From assembly GCA_051294375.1 (NCBI GenBank), contig CM119269.1, forward strand, positions 19,877,936 to 19,941,935: DNA of 64,000 nt. The letters run 5' to 3'. Both the position numbers and the translations under genes were made by a program. The notes below the pieces were generated by a model. That model was given only the letters and a program-made list of their open reading frames with translations. It was not told the DNA's origin and searched no databases. Of the stretch, positions 13,747-28,434 are shown piece by piece (the stretch's first letter is position 1; each line of letters begins with the position of its first letter). Origin of the DNA: Paraspadella gotoi (Eukaryota > Animalia > Chaetognatha).

Positions 13747-14339
13747 ACTATTATTTTATTATTATTCACATTATCAAAAACTGAAATTCTATCGGGCCGA
13801 GGATTCGATCGTGAATTAAAATGTATCAGGAAACCAAAATAAAGAAAATAATAACATTAAAAAGGCTGATACAGTCATTAAAAATGAACCGAGAGAGAAG
13901 GATAGGCGAGGCATTATATTTTTACACAAGGACTAAAGCGAATAATAAAAAAATACTGAAATGGAGGACGAAAACAGCAACAAAGTTGACAACGACAACA
14001 AGATCGTCAGCAAAACAACGACGGAGTCATTAGCCCCCGAGAAAAACAACAACAACAGCGGAGCGAAGACTGACAAATGACGAGGACAACAAACGACAAC
14101 AACGCAGCGAAATTCAATGAGGATCTCGAGACTATCAATTTTGACTCGAACGAACATAAAAACTGTCAATAAACACACAGACGTATCTCCTTTTATAGTT
14201 TCACTTTTTTAATGACATAATACTTAATAGTGGCGCCCTACATGAGCAGTTGTGCGTGTTGAGGACTGTGAATAGGATAAATGTAAATTTAAAATGTCAC
14301 GCTCGTCGCTCAACCCTAAGATTTATTTATTTTCCATAT

Positions 14340-14520
14340 TAAGATTTGTTCAACCAATAAAAAAAATATCCATTCATTCAATAAATAGGCTATCTCGACT
14401 TTTAACTTTGAACAGAGTGTCCAATGTGAGTGTTTGTAAGACTCACTTTTACAAGATAATACGTAGTAGGACCCACAGACGTTCAATCAAGACTCTCTAA
14501 CAGTCTTGTTCAATTTGTTC
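14340..14520 (-). repeat. Diverged inverted copy of the 330-bp satellite family
   Basis: The reverse complement contains aagactgttagagagtcttgattgaa and gatagcctatttattgaatgaatggata...tattggttg, collinear with the satellite unit. Confidence 0.8.
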
Positions 14521-14879
14521 ATCAACTCCTTGCCTTACTTACTGTTACTGTATTTTTTTTACAGATGAAATCAAACGCAACATATAGAAAATTCAAAATA
14601 TCTCGGTGACGAACAAAACTTTCATAATGAGACAAAAACTATAGATATTCTCAACCATTACAAGATCAAACAAACTTCCGCAACGGAAATAAAAATACTC
14701 AAAAACAATGTCCACAAACTGCGAAGAAGGAATATGTATTTTCGTCTTCGGTTAAAATTTCAACCTCGCAATGAAAAGACGCATTTCTCAACCAAAAACG
14801 AGGGACGTTTTCATTTTTCGATTTTTTCTAAAATGAAACAAAACAAATTAGGTTTAAGTCTGTGACCTTAAACTTGGCG

Positions 14880-17800
14880 ATGAAGCTCAAAGATTTGATG
14901 TCGCATTCTCTTCCGCGATCCTTCGCCAAACTCAGTCATGCCCACCACAAGAAGACGAAGGACGCCGAGGAGGCGACGGCGGCGTCGGCGGCGTCGCAAT
15001 GGGGCAACGGCGCTTCCAAGAACGCCTTCATCGATCTGCTCTCGCCCTCTTCTTCGGGTGATTGGCAGGGAAAATTGTTTATGTTGTATTGTTGTAGTAA
15101 GTAAATTCGATTTCGGCGTATGTATTTTTTTTTAAATGTTTTCGGGGCCTCCTTTGAGATTGTTGTTGTTGTTATCGACTATTTTGTCGTTTGTTGCGAT
15201 TCCCCCCTCCACCCCGAGTGTCTCAAGCAAGCACATACGCGAAAGCGATAAATGCGAGGATAAGAAAGACATAAAATGAGACAGAATCTCTAGAATGGGG
15301 TATTCGGTCGGTCTATCCCTCTGTATGCTATCCCTTTAGTTTTCTGTTGCGTCGGGTTTACAAGCGGACCTACTCTATAAGTCACTTTGTTTTTGCGTTT
15401 AGTTCTCCTTTTTTCGTTACATGTATACAATTAACTTTTTTTCTTCCTTCTGTCTATATGTCTGTCTCTGTCTCTCTCTCTGATAAAACAATCGAGAAGC
15501 CCCACCCGTGAAGATCCGATAAACTTTTTTTGCCTCGTTGTTGTTGTAATTATCCTATCGACTTAAAGGAGCACTTTTTTTTTTTGGTCGACTTAGATGC
15601 TTCTTCGTATGTATCGGTTAACTTTCGGTCTTTCCGTCTTTCTGTATTTACTGTATTTACTATATTTGCTTCGATCGGGTTAATATTTTTATCGTCATTT
15701 TTAGCAAGGCCAATTCGAATGGAATGACGGCCCTCTCTGAAAACCCACTGCGTTTGCCGTCACTATAGTAAATATGCCGATACTTTCGTATCCTTTTATT
15801 GTTCATCGCAGCATCCGGCTTCTCGCTTTATTCTCCGCCAGAAAAAAAAAACACAAAAAAACAAAAAAACGGCAAATCTGCCGATAAACCGATTTCTCGA
15901 TCGGACGGATATTCTTTTTTTTCTGGCCGACGAATCGGTCGAGGCCGAGAGACGCCGACTGCGGACGGGGGGCGCGACCTTCTCATCCCCCGCGTGGTAG
16001 TTTCTAAGGGGGGCAATCTCATGCCTAGTTAAGGAGAGTGGTTGCCTTTTAGAAGTCGTCTTTCCTTTTACAACTTAAATTTTAATTTTGCCCTTTTTTA
16101 CCCCCGTAAACAACAACAGCTTTAAGATCGATAGTTTGCCATTTAAAAAAGTATTTTTCCTCCCCAACTTGTTATTAATTTGAATCAAAAAAAAATTTCA
16201 GCCGTAAACTTAAAGCGTTGTAAAGTTCGCTCATCAGGGAAATCACTGGTTCTGAAAGGGAAAGCACATTGCAAAAGCACCGACTGCCTTTGTAAGGAAA
16301 ATTTTAGAAAAAGTTGAAGTTGGCAGCTCAATTTATCCCCTATTTCTAAGAAATGACGAGGATTCTTGTCATTTGCGCTTGAGATTTAAAATGGTCATTT
16401 TTGAATTAAAAAAATACTATTAAAACAGATTGGACTGACGACTATAACCATTAACCAAGGCTGTGAGAGGCAACTTCAAATTTTCCAGATCCTCCCTTTT
16501 TTTGTTACTTCTGATGCGAAAGTGAATGGAAAGTGAGGTTTAAAAGACTTTTTGTAAAAACGAATGTTTACAATTGTTTTCTATTTCTAATTCAACTCCC
16601 TCCCACTTCAAATATCCATTCCCCCCTCCTCAGTCGAGTGTAGAACACCGATCCTTGATCGACTCCACCACCCGCCCCACCCTCGGCTGCTGCATCTTCA
16701 TCAACGACACCACCACACCGCGGGGAGAGAAGAGGCTGAGGTAAGGAATGAGAGTGAGAGTGAGTTAAGGGTCAGAAAGGTTTTGGCAAACTTTAAAAAA
16801 AATTGAGCTAAACGAAAAGGCGAAATAAGCTGGGACGGGTTACATTTTGTAAAAGTATATGTTTATGGCTGATCTTAAAACAATCTTTATTTCGAATACT
16901 ATATATCTATATATAAAATACTATACTGAGAAAACACACCGTACGTAATATCGGGGACATAAAACAAAAATCAATAATACTTAAGAAAATAGTCAAAATT
17001 AAGGGACGAATAATCTTCATTCTCATCCGTATCATCGTCAAGAAACGGTTCAAGCAAAAAGGCATTTACGTATTTTTAAATATTAAACCTCAAACTGTTC
17101 TTTTCTCCGAAATAAATAATTCCGACAATTGAAGATTGGACTGCGAAATGTCCGAGAAGTAATGACGTTTAACAAAATCCTTCGAATCCGCGTCGCGATG
17201 GTCGAACGAGATATCGTTTCAAAGATTGCCGCCGTTATCGTCTTTGTCCTTTGACAACAGCGAAAATATATGAGGAGGAAGAAGACGAGGATGAGAAAAA
17301 TAAATAGGGCGGAGATGCGAAGGTCGGGTTTCCAGCGATAAGGGATTCGACAGACGGCGCCCTCGACGCCCGGGATTAAGTCGTCAATGGGAAGCCGAAC
17401 GTCTACCTTGATGTACAATTCGCACAAGTTGTGAGTTTTCGCGAAGACGTAGCCTATTAAGGGATCAGGATTGGATTATTTGCTTTGCAGTACTAAACAG
17501 TAAACACCTCCCCCACTACTATCATAACAGGCTAGCACGGAGCACAAAAGAGGCCAAGACTGAACCTTTGTACGAAGATTTACCTTTCGCACGGCCAGAC
17601 TTACCCTTTGCACGGCCAGACTTACTTACTTACTTACTTACCTTTGCACGCCAGACTTACTTACTTACTTACCCTTTGCACGGCCAGACTTACATTACTT
17701 ACTTAACCCTTTGCACGGCCAGACTTACTTACTTACTTACCCCTTTGCACGGCCAGACTTACTTACCCTTTGCACGGCCAGACTTACTTACCTTTGCACG

Positions 17801-19832
17801 GCCAGACTTACTTACCCTTGCACGGCCAGACTTACTTACCCTTGCACGGCCAGACTTCGGGTTTTTCGCCGACGCATTTGTCTTCGCATTCCTCGCGAGT
17901 CGTCGCGGTTCTCTTTTCGCACAATCCGTAGAATGAATAGCCTCGTTGGCACAATCTGATGATGCATAGGGTTTAAGGGGAGAAAGAGAGCTAGATTGAG
18001 AAATTGATGAAGGTTTAAACGGCGTGTCGAGCCACAAATCTCGTGGAAATAGTGTTAATCTGGAAGACAACGTTTCTGACAGCCACAATGACGATTAAAA
18101 GTCAAATTATATCGGGTGTTCTACGACGTCTGAAATTTAAAAAAAAAAATATCGTTACTGACCGTTCATAGACTAATTGTGGAAGTTGCTTGTTCTTAAA
18201 AAAAAAAAAAATATTTTAAAATGTATTTATTTTTTAAAAATATTACATAATTTAATTTATTATACTGTTATGCTAAAAAAATTGTTTAAAAGAATTAAAA
18301 TTTATTAATCATATGTCCATCACTCCACCATATTGATCAAGCAAGGTGGATTAAACATGTACTTACGGTTCTTCATAGGACGAAACGGACGTTATCGCTA
18401 AAATGAGCAAAATTTGACCGAATTTGTTCATCGCCGGCGTCGGCTGCGTCAGCGCCGTCGACTGTGTAGTCTTTCAAAACAAACAGTTTCAAACAGTTGA
18501 GGGATTTAATTGTTATTTTTTCATTGCGACGGAGAAAAAAAAAAAAAACCCGCGAAGATCCCTTTCAGGAACGAGAGACAGATACTGGAGTCATCTTTTT
18601 AAGAAAACCGGTTTAAGTTGCGATCAATTCAGAGATTCTGAATTCGGGCGGTTTTTTCATACGATGATGTTACTCGTGACTGAGTCAGAGAAGCAAAATC
18701 CTAAAAACTAGTTACTAGAGGTGACCGAAAAAAAAAATTTAAAAGAATTGTTTCTGGTCGTTGGAGATTTTTACATCGCATGCGCGGTTTATCGGATTAG
18801 TTAAGTGTATGATGTCCCGACTCCCGAGTTACGACAGATGCTTTAGACAGACAGGCGCTGGGCAATGAAAATAGCATGCAAATGAGGTCTTAATTAGTTT
18901 TGTACTAATTAGCTATTAGTTTGTTTTACTCCGCATTTTTTTTTTCGCATCAACCTTTGAATAACATATTGTATACCAAGACAGAATTTGAACATTTACG
19001 AATTATTATGTTATAATTGTAACTTTATAAGATTATAAAGCTTTGCATTAAAAGGAAAATATATGTAGTCAAGCATTCTTATACAATAATTTGACATTAA
19101 GGCCTTAACAGCGGTTTTTTGACGATGAATAAAATAAATATATATACATATAGATAAAATATTTTATTGACGTGTCACAGCTAAGCCATTCCCTTCTGTT
19201 CAAACTATTCTAATCTATTCAATCTTATTAATACAACTCAAAGGCTAAAATCACTTCCCCCTTTCATTGTTATTTTCTTCTATTCTTCCAGTCCATCGTT
19301 TTTTCACTTTTCCCTTTTGCAATATCTTCTTTTCCTTTTCTTTGTCATTCCCTTCTTTTCTCCAACATTTGTGACCTTTTTTTTTCAATTTTTTGCACTT
19401 GCTGTCCCCTCCCACCCGATTCAATCCAGTTCTCTCCCCCTTCTATTCTGAGATCAGCTCCTCGCAAGGATCCATATTAAAAGAAAAAAAAAGTATTAGT
19501 TTCTGTGTCCCGACGACGAATGAAACCGCGGCTAAAATTGGCTTCTTGGCACCAGCCGTGGTTCGCGCCAGGTGGCGCCAGTGGGAAACCAAAAAAAAAA
19601 GGATGGATTGACGAAACGATGACGCTACAAACTTAAAGAGGTCGTCTGGAAGAAAATGAAATGCAAATGAATGACTAGACTTTTGAGTGGAAAAAGTTGT
19701 GGAAGAGATAAAAGAGAGAGGGAAAGAAGAGGGACGGACAGAGAGAGAGAGAGATGGAGAGAGACTTAATTTAAGATAATTTCATTTTAGTTAAGATTGT
19801 TTTCCACTTTATTTTAACAGAATGAACTACTT

Positions 19833-19885
<53 letters not shown>

Positions 19886-22800
19886 ACTTTCCCATTCCAT
19901 TTGAAATGCAAATCGCGCGCGCGTTTCAACGGACGCATAGATTCCCGAGTTGCGGGGAAACTGAATTAATTCTTCAGTGAAGTCACTTAGCTGAAGATAA
20001 TATAATATACGGGATAAGAGTCTAGATTGTGGTTTTAATTCAATATAAATGAAATAAGATTACGGTTTGTGTTAGAATTCCGTCGTTTCTAACATTAGCC
20101 CGAACCATCACCTCATCTCTCCAGTTTCCTCTCCGCTCAGATTCTTTCAATACCATTCCCGCCATTCTGCTTCATCTTCTCCCTTAAAACCACCGCCTTT
20201 CCTCCACGCCCCTCCTCTCCCAACCCAGAGCCATTACGAGTCCATCGACGCCCTCATCCCGCCACGGCGCCGTCTTCCATGGACGCCGAACGTGGAGGCG
20301 CCGTCTGCCGGAGCGGCGTCGTCGTCGTCAGTGCTGTCGAGTTCGTGGACAGTGCCGGATCGGATGCAGTCCTTCCAGGTATAGGTTGATACAGGAGGAG
20401 GCTGTAGTAAGAAAGGGTGCAGTCGTCAAATGCTCTATTTTTAGTAGTTGTTGTCTATCAAAATATCAGAAAATGTTATTTTATCAAGTGACAGGGTCCG
20501 CATCTGTCACTTTTATACGTAACTACGAAGATACATATTTAATAATGTGGAAGACCACGACATAGGGTGTGAACAGTTTATTGCGAGGCAATACAATGAT
20601 ATAAAAAGGCGAATAAATAATGATTACAGAGCAGAGAGACAAAACGATGTTAAGGGATGAAAGGTTGAATTGGTTGTGTCTCTCGTGGCTACGGCCACGA
20701 CGGAAGAAACCCGTTGAAGCCCGGGACGACGAGACCAATGACCGGAGTTCTGAGGTCATGTGGTCGTTGAGGGAAAAGAGAGAGAGAGTCGAGGTAACTC
20801 GGCCTCAATAACAAGTTTGAGCAAACAATGCCAAAACGAATCGAAAGACGCAACGATGGAAGTAGGCGTGGTTAAGCAAATCTAAGTCAGTTTTTAAAAC
20901 AAGGAAAGAGACAAAAGCACTTCCCATCCGGTGCAGGAGCCACGTCGGCGCGACGATGCCAACGACGACGACGACGATCACGTCTACCAGACGCTGGCGT
21001 TTCCGTCGCATGCGGCGAAACGTTGCGCGTGCTTCGGCGGCGAAGAGAAGAATAGAGGCGCTGAAGAAACAGGTGAAGAAAGAGGTGAGGGTGAGGGGAA
21101 TTATAGAGTTTAATTTAAAATTATTTTATGAATTGCTACTAACCATTACGTAATAATTTTTTTTTTTATTTTCGGGGAATTATTTAACTTTTTATTCATT
21201 TTTTTAAAAAAAATTGTAAACAAAGAATCTAGTTTCCCGAATCGATTTGATATTTTTTGTGGTTTTTTTCGTGTCATCTTTGTTTGTTTTTTGGTTGTTT
21301 TTTTTTTGTCAGAAGAAAATGTTGCGTGACTACGAGAAATTTCTAATCGATTGGGTTATGTGCTATACTATATAAGACACAAATTAAATACATTTTGTCG
21401 TCGTTTTTGAAATCGTTGTTGTGAACTTGTGATCATCATCATTGATAAAGATGTCTGTCTAAGACTCTGTGAAGCTTTTTTGCTGACGTTTCCGTTTGTC
21501 CCGCAAGAGATGAGTCGTATGCCGTAGGTAGGTCTGGGCAATGCCTGTTGCCTATTGCAAATCTTTCTTGATTTGAATACAAACTACCCCTTCTTATTAG
21601 GTGCTACCCCCGGTGCTACTTCCCTCGTCGATTCCACTGCCCTCAAAAACTGCTCCCCTCCTCTGCGATCCGCCGCCGCCGCCCCCGCCGCCGCAGATAA
21701 ACGCTCCACCGCCTCCTCTTCCTCCTTCCACGAACCCGCCAAACAACAGCAACAACCAGTCAAAGGCCAGTCACCCTCCACGTCGCGACGTCAACGTGCT
21801 CGCGCCGATCTCGCGCGGAGCCACGAGCATCTCGCCTCCAAGGACGCCCAGTTAAAAGCCGTCGGCTCCGGCGTCTTCGGTTCCTGCGGTCGCGGACTCG
21901 ACTTCGACGTGGACGAAGAATTCGCCCGCGCGCGCCGGCGCGCCTCGAGAGGCGCCTCGACCTCGGCGGCGGCGTCGACGACTTTCCCAGTGCCGGAGCT
22001 AGAGAGTCCTTACTCCGTGCTGCCGCGATGTTTCGACGGGACGGAGGACGTTTTTGCCGAGACGCCCTCCGCGGCAACCGCCGCCGTCGTCGCAGCTTTC
22101 GAAGAGGACAACAACAACGACGACGATGGCGCGTACGGCGGGATGACACGCAGCCGAAGCCGGATTCGCACTAACCCGTGGCTCCCGCCAGCCCACCCTT
22201 GGTCGTCGGGCAAAGCCTCGCCGCCGGGCTCGGTCAAGACTCGGAGGAGGTCGGCCTCTAGGGAATCCCTGCATCGGACGCGGGCGTCGGAGAGGTTGGC
22301 GGCGTCAGAGGCGGGAAAGGCCGACGCCGGGTTGGCGGGGGCTGAGCAGACGGCGGAAGAGTTTGTCAAGGTGAAATATATTTTTTGCTGCCCTTTCGAG
22401 GAATTTACCGATTTGAATAAAGTGAAGTAAACTGACATGAAAAAAAATGAGGTTGAAAAATTTATGAACGTAATAAAATAAAAGAGAGAAAAAAAAATTG
22501 ATTAGATTATAAAAAAAAGGAAGTAATGAAATGATATTAAATAATTTGATATGAAATGAAATCAATTTTAGGAGGACAACTGCGGCTGCGGCGCCTGCCT
22601 CCCCAATTCGCCTCCCCCTTTCCCGCCAATGGTGCGGTTTCCGCCGCCGACGCATCCTTCCCTGCAGCCGCCGCAGCATCCACCGCGAGGGATCACGCAG
22701 CATTCTCCGCCGCTTCAGCAAGCACCTTTACTTCCAATGCAGCCTCAGCAGCTTCCGACCCAGCCCCAGCCCGTCTACCAACCTTTCCCCATCGACTTGA

Positions 22801-25800
22801 AAGAGGAGATTATCCCGATGACGCGGGAGCCACACCGATTCCGCGCCGGCGAACGTCACGCCGACGACGAAGGCCCGGATTCGCCGCGAAGCCAGCATCA
22901 GCAGCAGCTTGGGCCGCAGCGAAAACAGCAAGTGGGGACTTCCTTGGAGGATTTGGAGAGTCACGACGGAGGAGCTCGTAGGAGCGACTCAAGCGAAGAG
23001 GAAAAGGCGACCATGACGGAAACGACGACGACGACGACGACGACCGCGTTCGCGACGGCGGCCGCCTCGACCGACGAAGACACCGAAACCGACAAGTCGG
23101 TTCAAGTCGGTGGATTTTTGGCGCAAATAAGAGAAAAGAAGAGAAAGAATCGAAAGAACGGATCTAGGTGAGAGAGAGTTGGACGAGGCTTAGTGGGTGA
23201 GTGTTAATGAGACGGAGTGTTTCAAGTAAAGAGATGGAGATTGAGAGGAAAAGATATCCAATAGCCATTTAATAAATAACAGGCTTCGGCGGTTTAAGGC
23301 CTCCAAAGAATCGAGCGGGCGAAGCGACTGATAAGAATGCAAAGGCGAAATAAAAGCTTAAACTCGCTCTGTACTATTATTATTTTTTAACTAAGTGACT
23401 TTTTAAATTTCCTCGGCAGCTGATCTTTTACGACTTCTGCTTCATTTAACTTTTTAGATGCGCCGCGAGTACTCTATAAGTCACTTTTTGGTCGGTCGGT
23501 ATATCTGTCAGTCGGTGTGTCCTACTTACCTTAAAAATGCTCATAAGTCATAAAAAACCTCAAAACCTTCAGGAAATCCTAAAACTAAATAAAGAATACG
23601 AAAAACGAAAGACGAAATTCCGATGCGGTATTATTTTAATTGGCAGAATAAAAAGTCATGTAGTCACGGGATCATAGGGACATACACGAGAAATGAAAGT
23701 TAGTACGGTGCAACACATTGGATGGACCGATCTTGTTGTTTTTTTTCTAAAACTGTGGCTGTTAACCATCATATTATATATTTCTCTTCCTTTCCAATTT
23801 TCTCTTTCTATCCTTCTTCCTCGTTACTTTTTCTGATAAAAACGAAAAACATAATCTATCTCAGACGAGACCAAAGACATTCGGAATTAAAAAGAAGAAA
23901 ACAATCTTGAGTCGACGACGACGGCGAAAAAAAAATAACGAGATTAGAAATTTATAAATCCGACAAGCCGTCAAGACATGAACGAAAACCCGTGACAGTG
24001 GAAACAGCAACAATCGTGAGAACAACGATCACAAAGACGACGATGAAAAACGACGATTTCTGGGATGGAATTTTTTTTTTTTTTTTTTTTTATTTCCAAA
24101 GGGGAAAACTTGTTGGAAATTCGATAAAGCAATGACAACACGGATTACGAATTGATTTTAGAAAGGATATAAGAGATAAAAATAAAATTATTATGTAAAT
24201 AGAAATTGGATAAAGAAAATAAGAGAAAATATAATAGAATTTACGTAAATTATTTTGTATTAATCCTTTCTTTTGTTGTTTGTTGAGATTAATTAAAAAC
24301 GAAAATTTTCGTGGAACAACAATAAAGTTTTTATTAACTTTGGACATGTTTCGGCTCACAACTCAAGCCTTCATCAGCATCAGATGCTGATGAAGGCTTG
24401 AGTTGTGAGCCGAAACATGTCCAAAGTTAATAAAAACTTTATTGTTGTTCCACGAAAATTTTCGTAAATTATTAAAAAAAAACCTATTAACTAGTTCTAT
24501 GAAATTGGTACAACCGATATAAAAATTATTCATATATATATATGTAATTATATATATATTTATAGCCTCCAATCCTGTGGCCATAACGTAAAAGTAAGAA
24601 AACCAATTATAAATGTCGATGAGTTCGTGAATCGCAAATGAACGAAGGCAGATGATCCTAAAGGAGGGAAGGAATGACCTCATCGTAACTGTAACAGAGA
24701 GAAACATTATAATTTAAAAAAGTAAAAATAGAAAAGAAAATTAGAAATCGATTGGTTGAAAAGTAGTAAAAATGGAAAAAATACACAAAGGTGTCGAAAA
24801 GAAGTCTCGGAAAAATAGAGTGAGATGTTGTGAAAATATGATTAATAAGGACGTCGTAAGCATTGATTAAACTGGACTACCGACAAAGAAAAGATGAAGC
24901 GTAAGATTTTTACTATTAATAATAAATGATAACATTCATAATTAACCAAATTCTAGCACATAGTTGTAGCAAAGGAAAATGATCGGGAGGCTGCTGCATA
25001 GCATTTAACGTCCCTCCGTTCTTTCTACTTGGATCTCTCTCCCACAGAGGCGACCTGACCGACCACGACTGCCTCGAGGAGGTGGTGGTGTCAGTTGGCG
25101 CGGATCCAACTCCTCGTCGAATGCTCCGCGTCTCAGTCTCCCACGAGTCCGTCGGTGACTCCGACTGCAGCAACGACTTCGTCTACTACGACGTCCCGCG
25201 TTGTCCTCCGCAGAGCATCAAGACCTTTTTCCAACGCAACTTCAGCATCTCCGTTTCGCCCAAGATGATGGCGGCGACGCCGGTAGCGACGGCGGCGGCA
25301 TCCGCGGTCTCAACTAGCGCCGGAAAACCGACGGCGCCGCCGCTCATCTATCAAGAGCCGGCGGACTGCGTGAAGCCCTCGCGTGGATTCCCCGCCGAGC
25401 CACCGCAAGACTTTGGGACGACGGGCTTGCGGGCATCGGTAGCGGCCAATTCGGAGACGCCGGGCGTGGCGGCGGCAGCCACGTCGCCGTTCGAATCCGT
25501 TAAGCCTTTCCCGGGGCATCATGGTCATCATTATGGTCAGCAACAACATCATCATCATCACCATGATCATCATCATCATCATCATCATCCCCATCACCAT
25601 CACGCTCACTACGCGGACGCGTTCGCCGATTCAGTGAAACAGCATCAACCAGAATCTTACGCCGAACACGCCAAACATCACGTCTACCAAAATGACGCCG
25701 TGCACTATCAACAGCAAATGAAGCAACAACAGCAGCATCTGTCGCAGCGTCAACCGCAGCAGCTGGAGGAGCCCGTTTACGCGAATCAGCGGAAGAAATC

Positions 25801-28401
25801 GAAGATTCTGGATTTGTCGCAGGCGGTCGTCAAGAGAGAGAGGAAGCCCGACATGCGACGCAGTCAGAGCGACTTCAGTGCCAAGCACTCGCGATCCGTT
25901 GCGAGTAATAAGGTGAGGAGACTGAGGTTAAAGCACATCAGTCGTTGAATCATGATTAGGATAATTTGAATTGAGGTCAACTGACGTATAACTAAATCAC
26001 AGAATTGAATTTCTTCAATCGACCAATCAGTCAATCTACTCATCTCCAATCCCAAGGTTCGCAACATTTACGCTCTCATGGACGACATCGTCCCCGCCCA
26101 CAAAATTCCTCCTCTGACGCCAAAAGTCAAAGAGACGACGCCCGTGAAAGCGGAGGAAACGCCGGCGCTAGCGTCGACGGCGGCGCCGGACTCCTTCGCC
26201 GTTGCCGGCATCGATTCGGCCGAGTGGCCAACGCCGGCCGAGACGATGCACGCCTCCAACAGCGCCATCAATCTTTTACCGGCGTCAAAGCCGACGCCGA
26301 CGACGTCCGCGCAGGGTAACGCGGATCCTCCAACGGTTTCGTCGGCGGCCGAGCCCGTCAAGCCGGTCGCCCGCGGCATCTCTGCCGACTTTTTGAAGAC
26401 GATGTTGACGCCTGTTCATCAGCAGACGCCTCAGACACAGCAGGTGGTGAAGGAGTCTGCCGCCAAGGCGGAGAAAGACTCTGACGATTCCGTCAGAAAA
26501 TGCATGACCAACGTCAAAATGAGGCCCATGCCGACAACGACGACGACGACCACTACGTCGGGAACGACGGCGACGACTACGTCGAAAAATGAAGAGACGT
26601 CATCGACGCTGACGAAAAGATCAAAGTCTCCGCAAAAAGTGAAGAACTTTTCGCCTCCTTGCGAGAGACGCAAGTTCGATCGACGTCATAGAAGGTCCAC
26701 GCCCACGAGGTGAAGGACAACAAAAGTGCTGATGTTTGTTAAAATTAATGGTTTTAAACTATAGCAAATATTTATAATATTATAGAGGCGACAAAACCGA
26801 AGATCGACGCGACGAAGTTGTGGCCGACGCTGCGGTAGACGACGAGGAAGACGACGACGACGGCGGCTTCCTCCAGTCGGCCGACCTCATCAAACGAGAC
26901 TTTCGCAGTTCGACGCGCGACTCGGGGTTCTACTCCCTCTACCAATCGGATAACCCTTGGTCGTCGGAAAATCAACAGCCAAAGCCGCAGCAGCAAATTT
27001 TACAGCAACACTCTCGCGCCGCCACGGCCGCGGCAGCCGCTGCGGCTCCGAGCGGAAAACCCCGACCTCACGAGAGGTTCCATTCGGAGCGGGTGGCCGG
27101 CGCCGCCGCACCGCCGCCAAAGTCGCGTGCGCCTTCGTTGATGGCGCCGAGAGAATATGCGCTGGCGGTGAGGATGTCATAAGTTTATTAACGCTGAAAT
27201 ACTAATTTAGAAACGATGAGAATTTTATTTTTATTTTAATGTTTGACTAGAAGGGAAAACAAAGTTTGTTTTTGTTTACTCTTTGTTTACTCTTCTAATT
27301 CCAAACACAACGAATTGAAAATTTCTACATAATGTAATGTTTTACCAATAACTCTCGATGATACATCTTTTTCGCTTTTCTTCCGTCAACAGGTTCAGCA
27401 GCAGCGGGACGGCATCGACGGTGGCGGCGCTGGCGTCGGGGGCGGAGAGGGAGAGGAGACGCTTAAACAAAAGATCTCAAAGCTAAAAAAGGAAAAGATG
27501 AACATCGATCGTCAGATGAGAAAAGTGGAGGATTGGCGCCAAAGGAGCGAGGGCGGCGCCGTCGCGGAAGCGCGAAGGCGACGCTCCAAGAGTCCCGACG
27601 CCCGTCGCTCCAAGAGTCCCGACGGGCGAAAGTCCAAGAGTCCGGAGTTTCGTCGTTCTCGGCGCCGGCATAGGACCGCCGCCGCTGCGGCCGCCGTTGC
27701 TGCAGCGGACGACGACGATGACGACGACGAATGGCAAGTCCCATCTCATCGGCGCCTAGAATTCTACGGCACTGTCTCCGGTGCTGTTTGGCGCCGCGAG
27801 AACCTCCTTGCTACGTCGTCGATCGTCGATTCTCTGTCGAACTCCGACGCTTTGTCCTCTGCGTCAGTCAGCCAAGATTCGCCCAAAGCTTCGAATAAGG
27901 ACAAGATGAGTGTTTATAAGGTAAGACTGAATATTTTACGAAAACGACATTAAAAGAGCAATAGACAACGACAGATATATAATTATTTTACAACGTCATC
28001 CAATTGAAGGATTAAAAAAAAAAAACACAAGTAGACCGCAATAACGTAATATAACTTTGACTTCATCATGAATATAGCCAAAAAGTCCAAACCACAAAAA
28101 GACTAAAAATAAAATATTGTGGCAGGAGTTAATTATATTAAATTAATTATATTAAATTTTTATTATTTTTTCAAATAGGCGATCATTGACGAAATAGACG
28201 TTGACGACCTCGACGAAAGAGGAAATCTCAAATCCTCCGCCGGCGCCCTCTCCGGCGTCAACGTCAACAACAACGACTACGGGGACTTTCTTGCGCGCGA
28301 TCCGCGTCACAAGAGCGTGGCCGACGTCTACGCCACCTCGCGGAAATGGCGCGGCGCTCGCGGGAGCCCGGTCTTTGATTTCGACGAGGATTTCGGGTTC
28401 A

Positions 28402-28434
<33 letters not shown>

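Noticed and set aside
17580-17856. CRISPR-like or spliced-leader array
   Set aside because: There are no unique spacers (only ctta number varies), no cas genes and no Sm site or SL-RNA body; duplication of an exon-intron junction explains it.
18021-18129. Stop-codon reassignment suggested by in-frame TAA/TGA in candidate exons
   Set aside because: An acceptor at 18059 gives an intact frame, and confident genes end normally in TAA or TGA.
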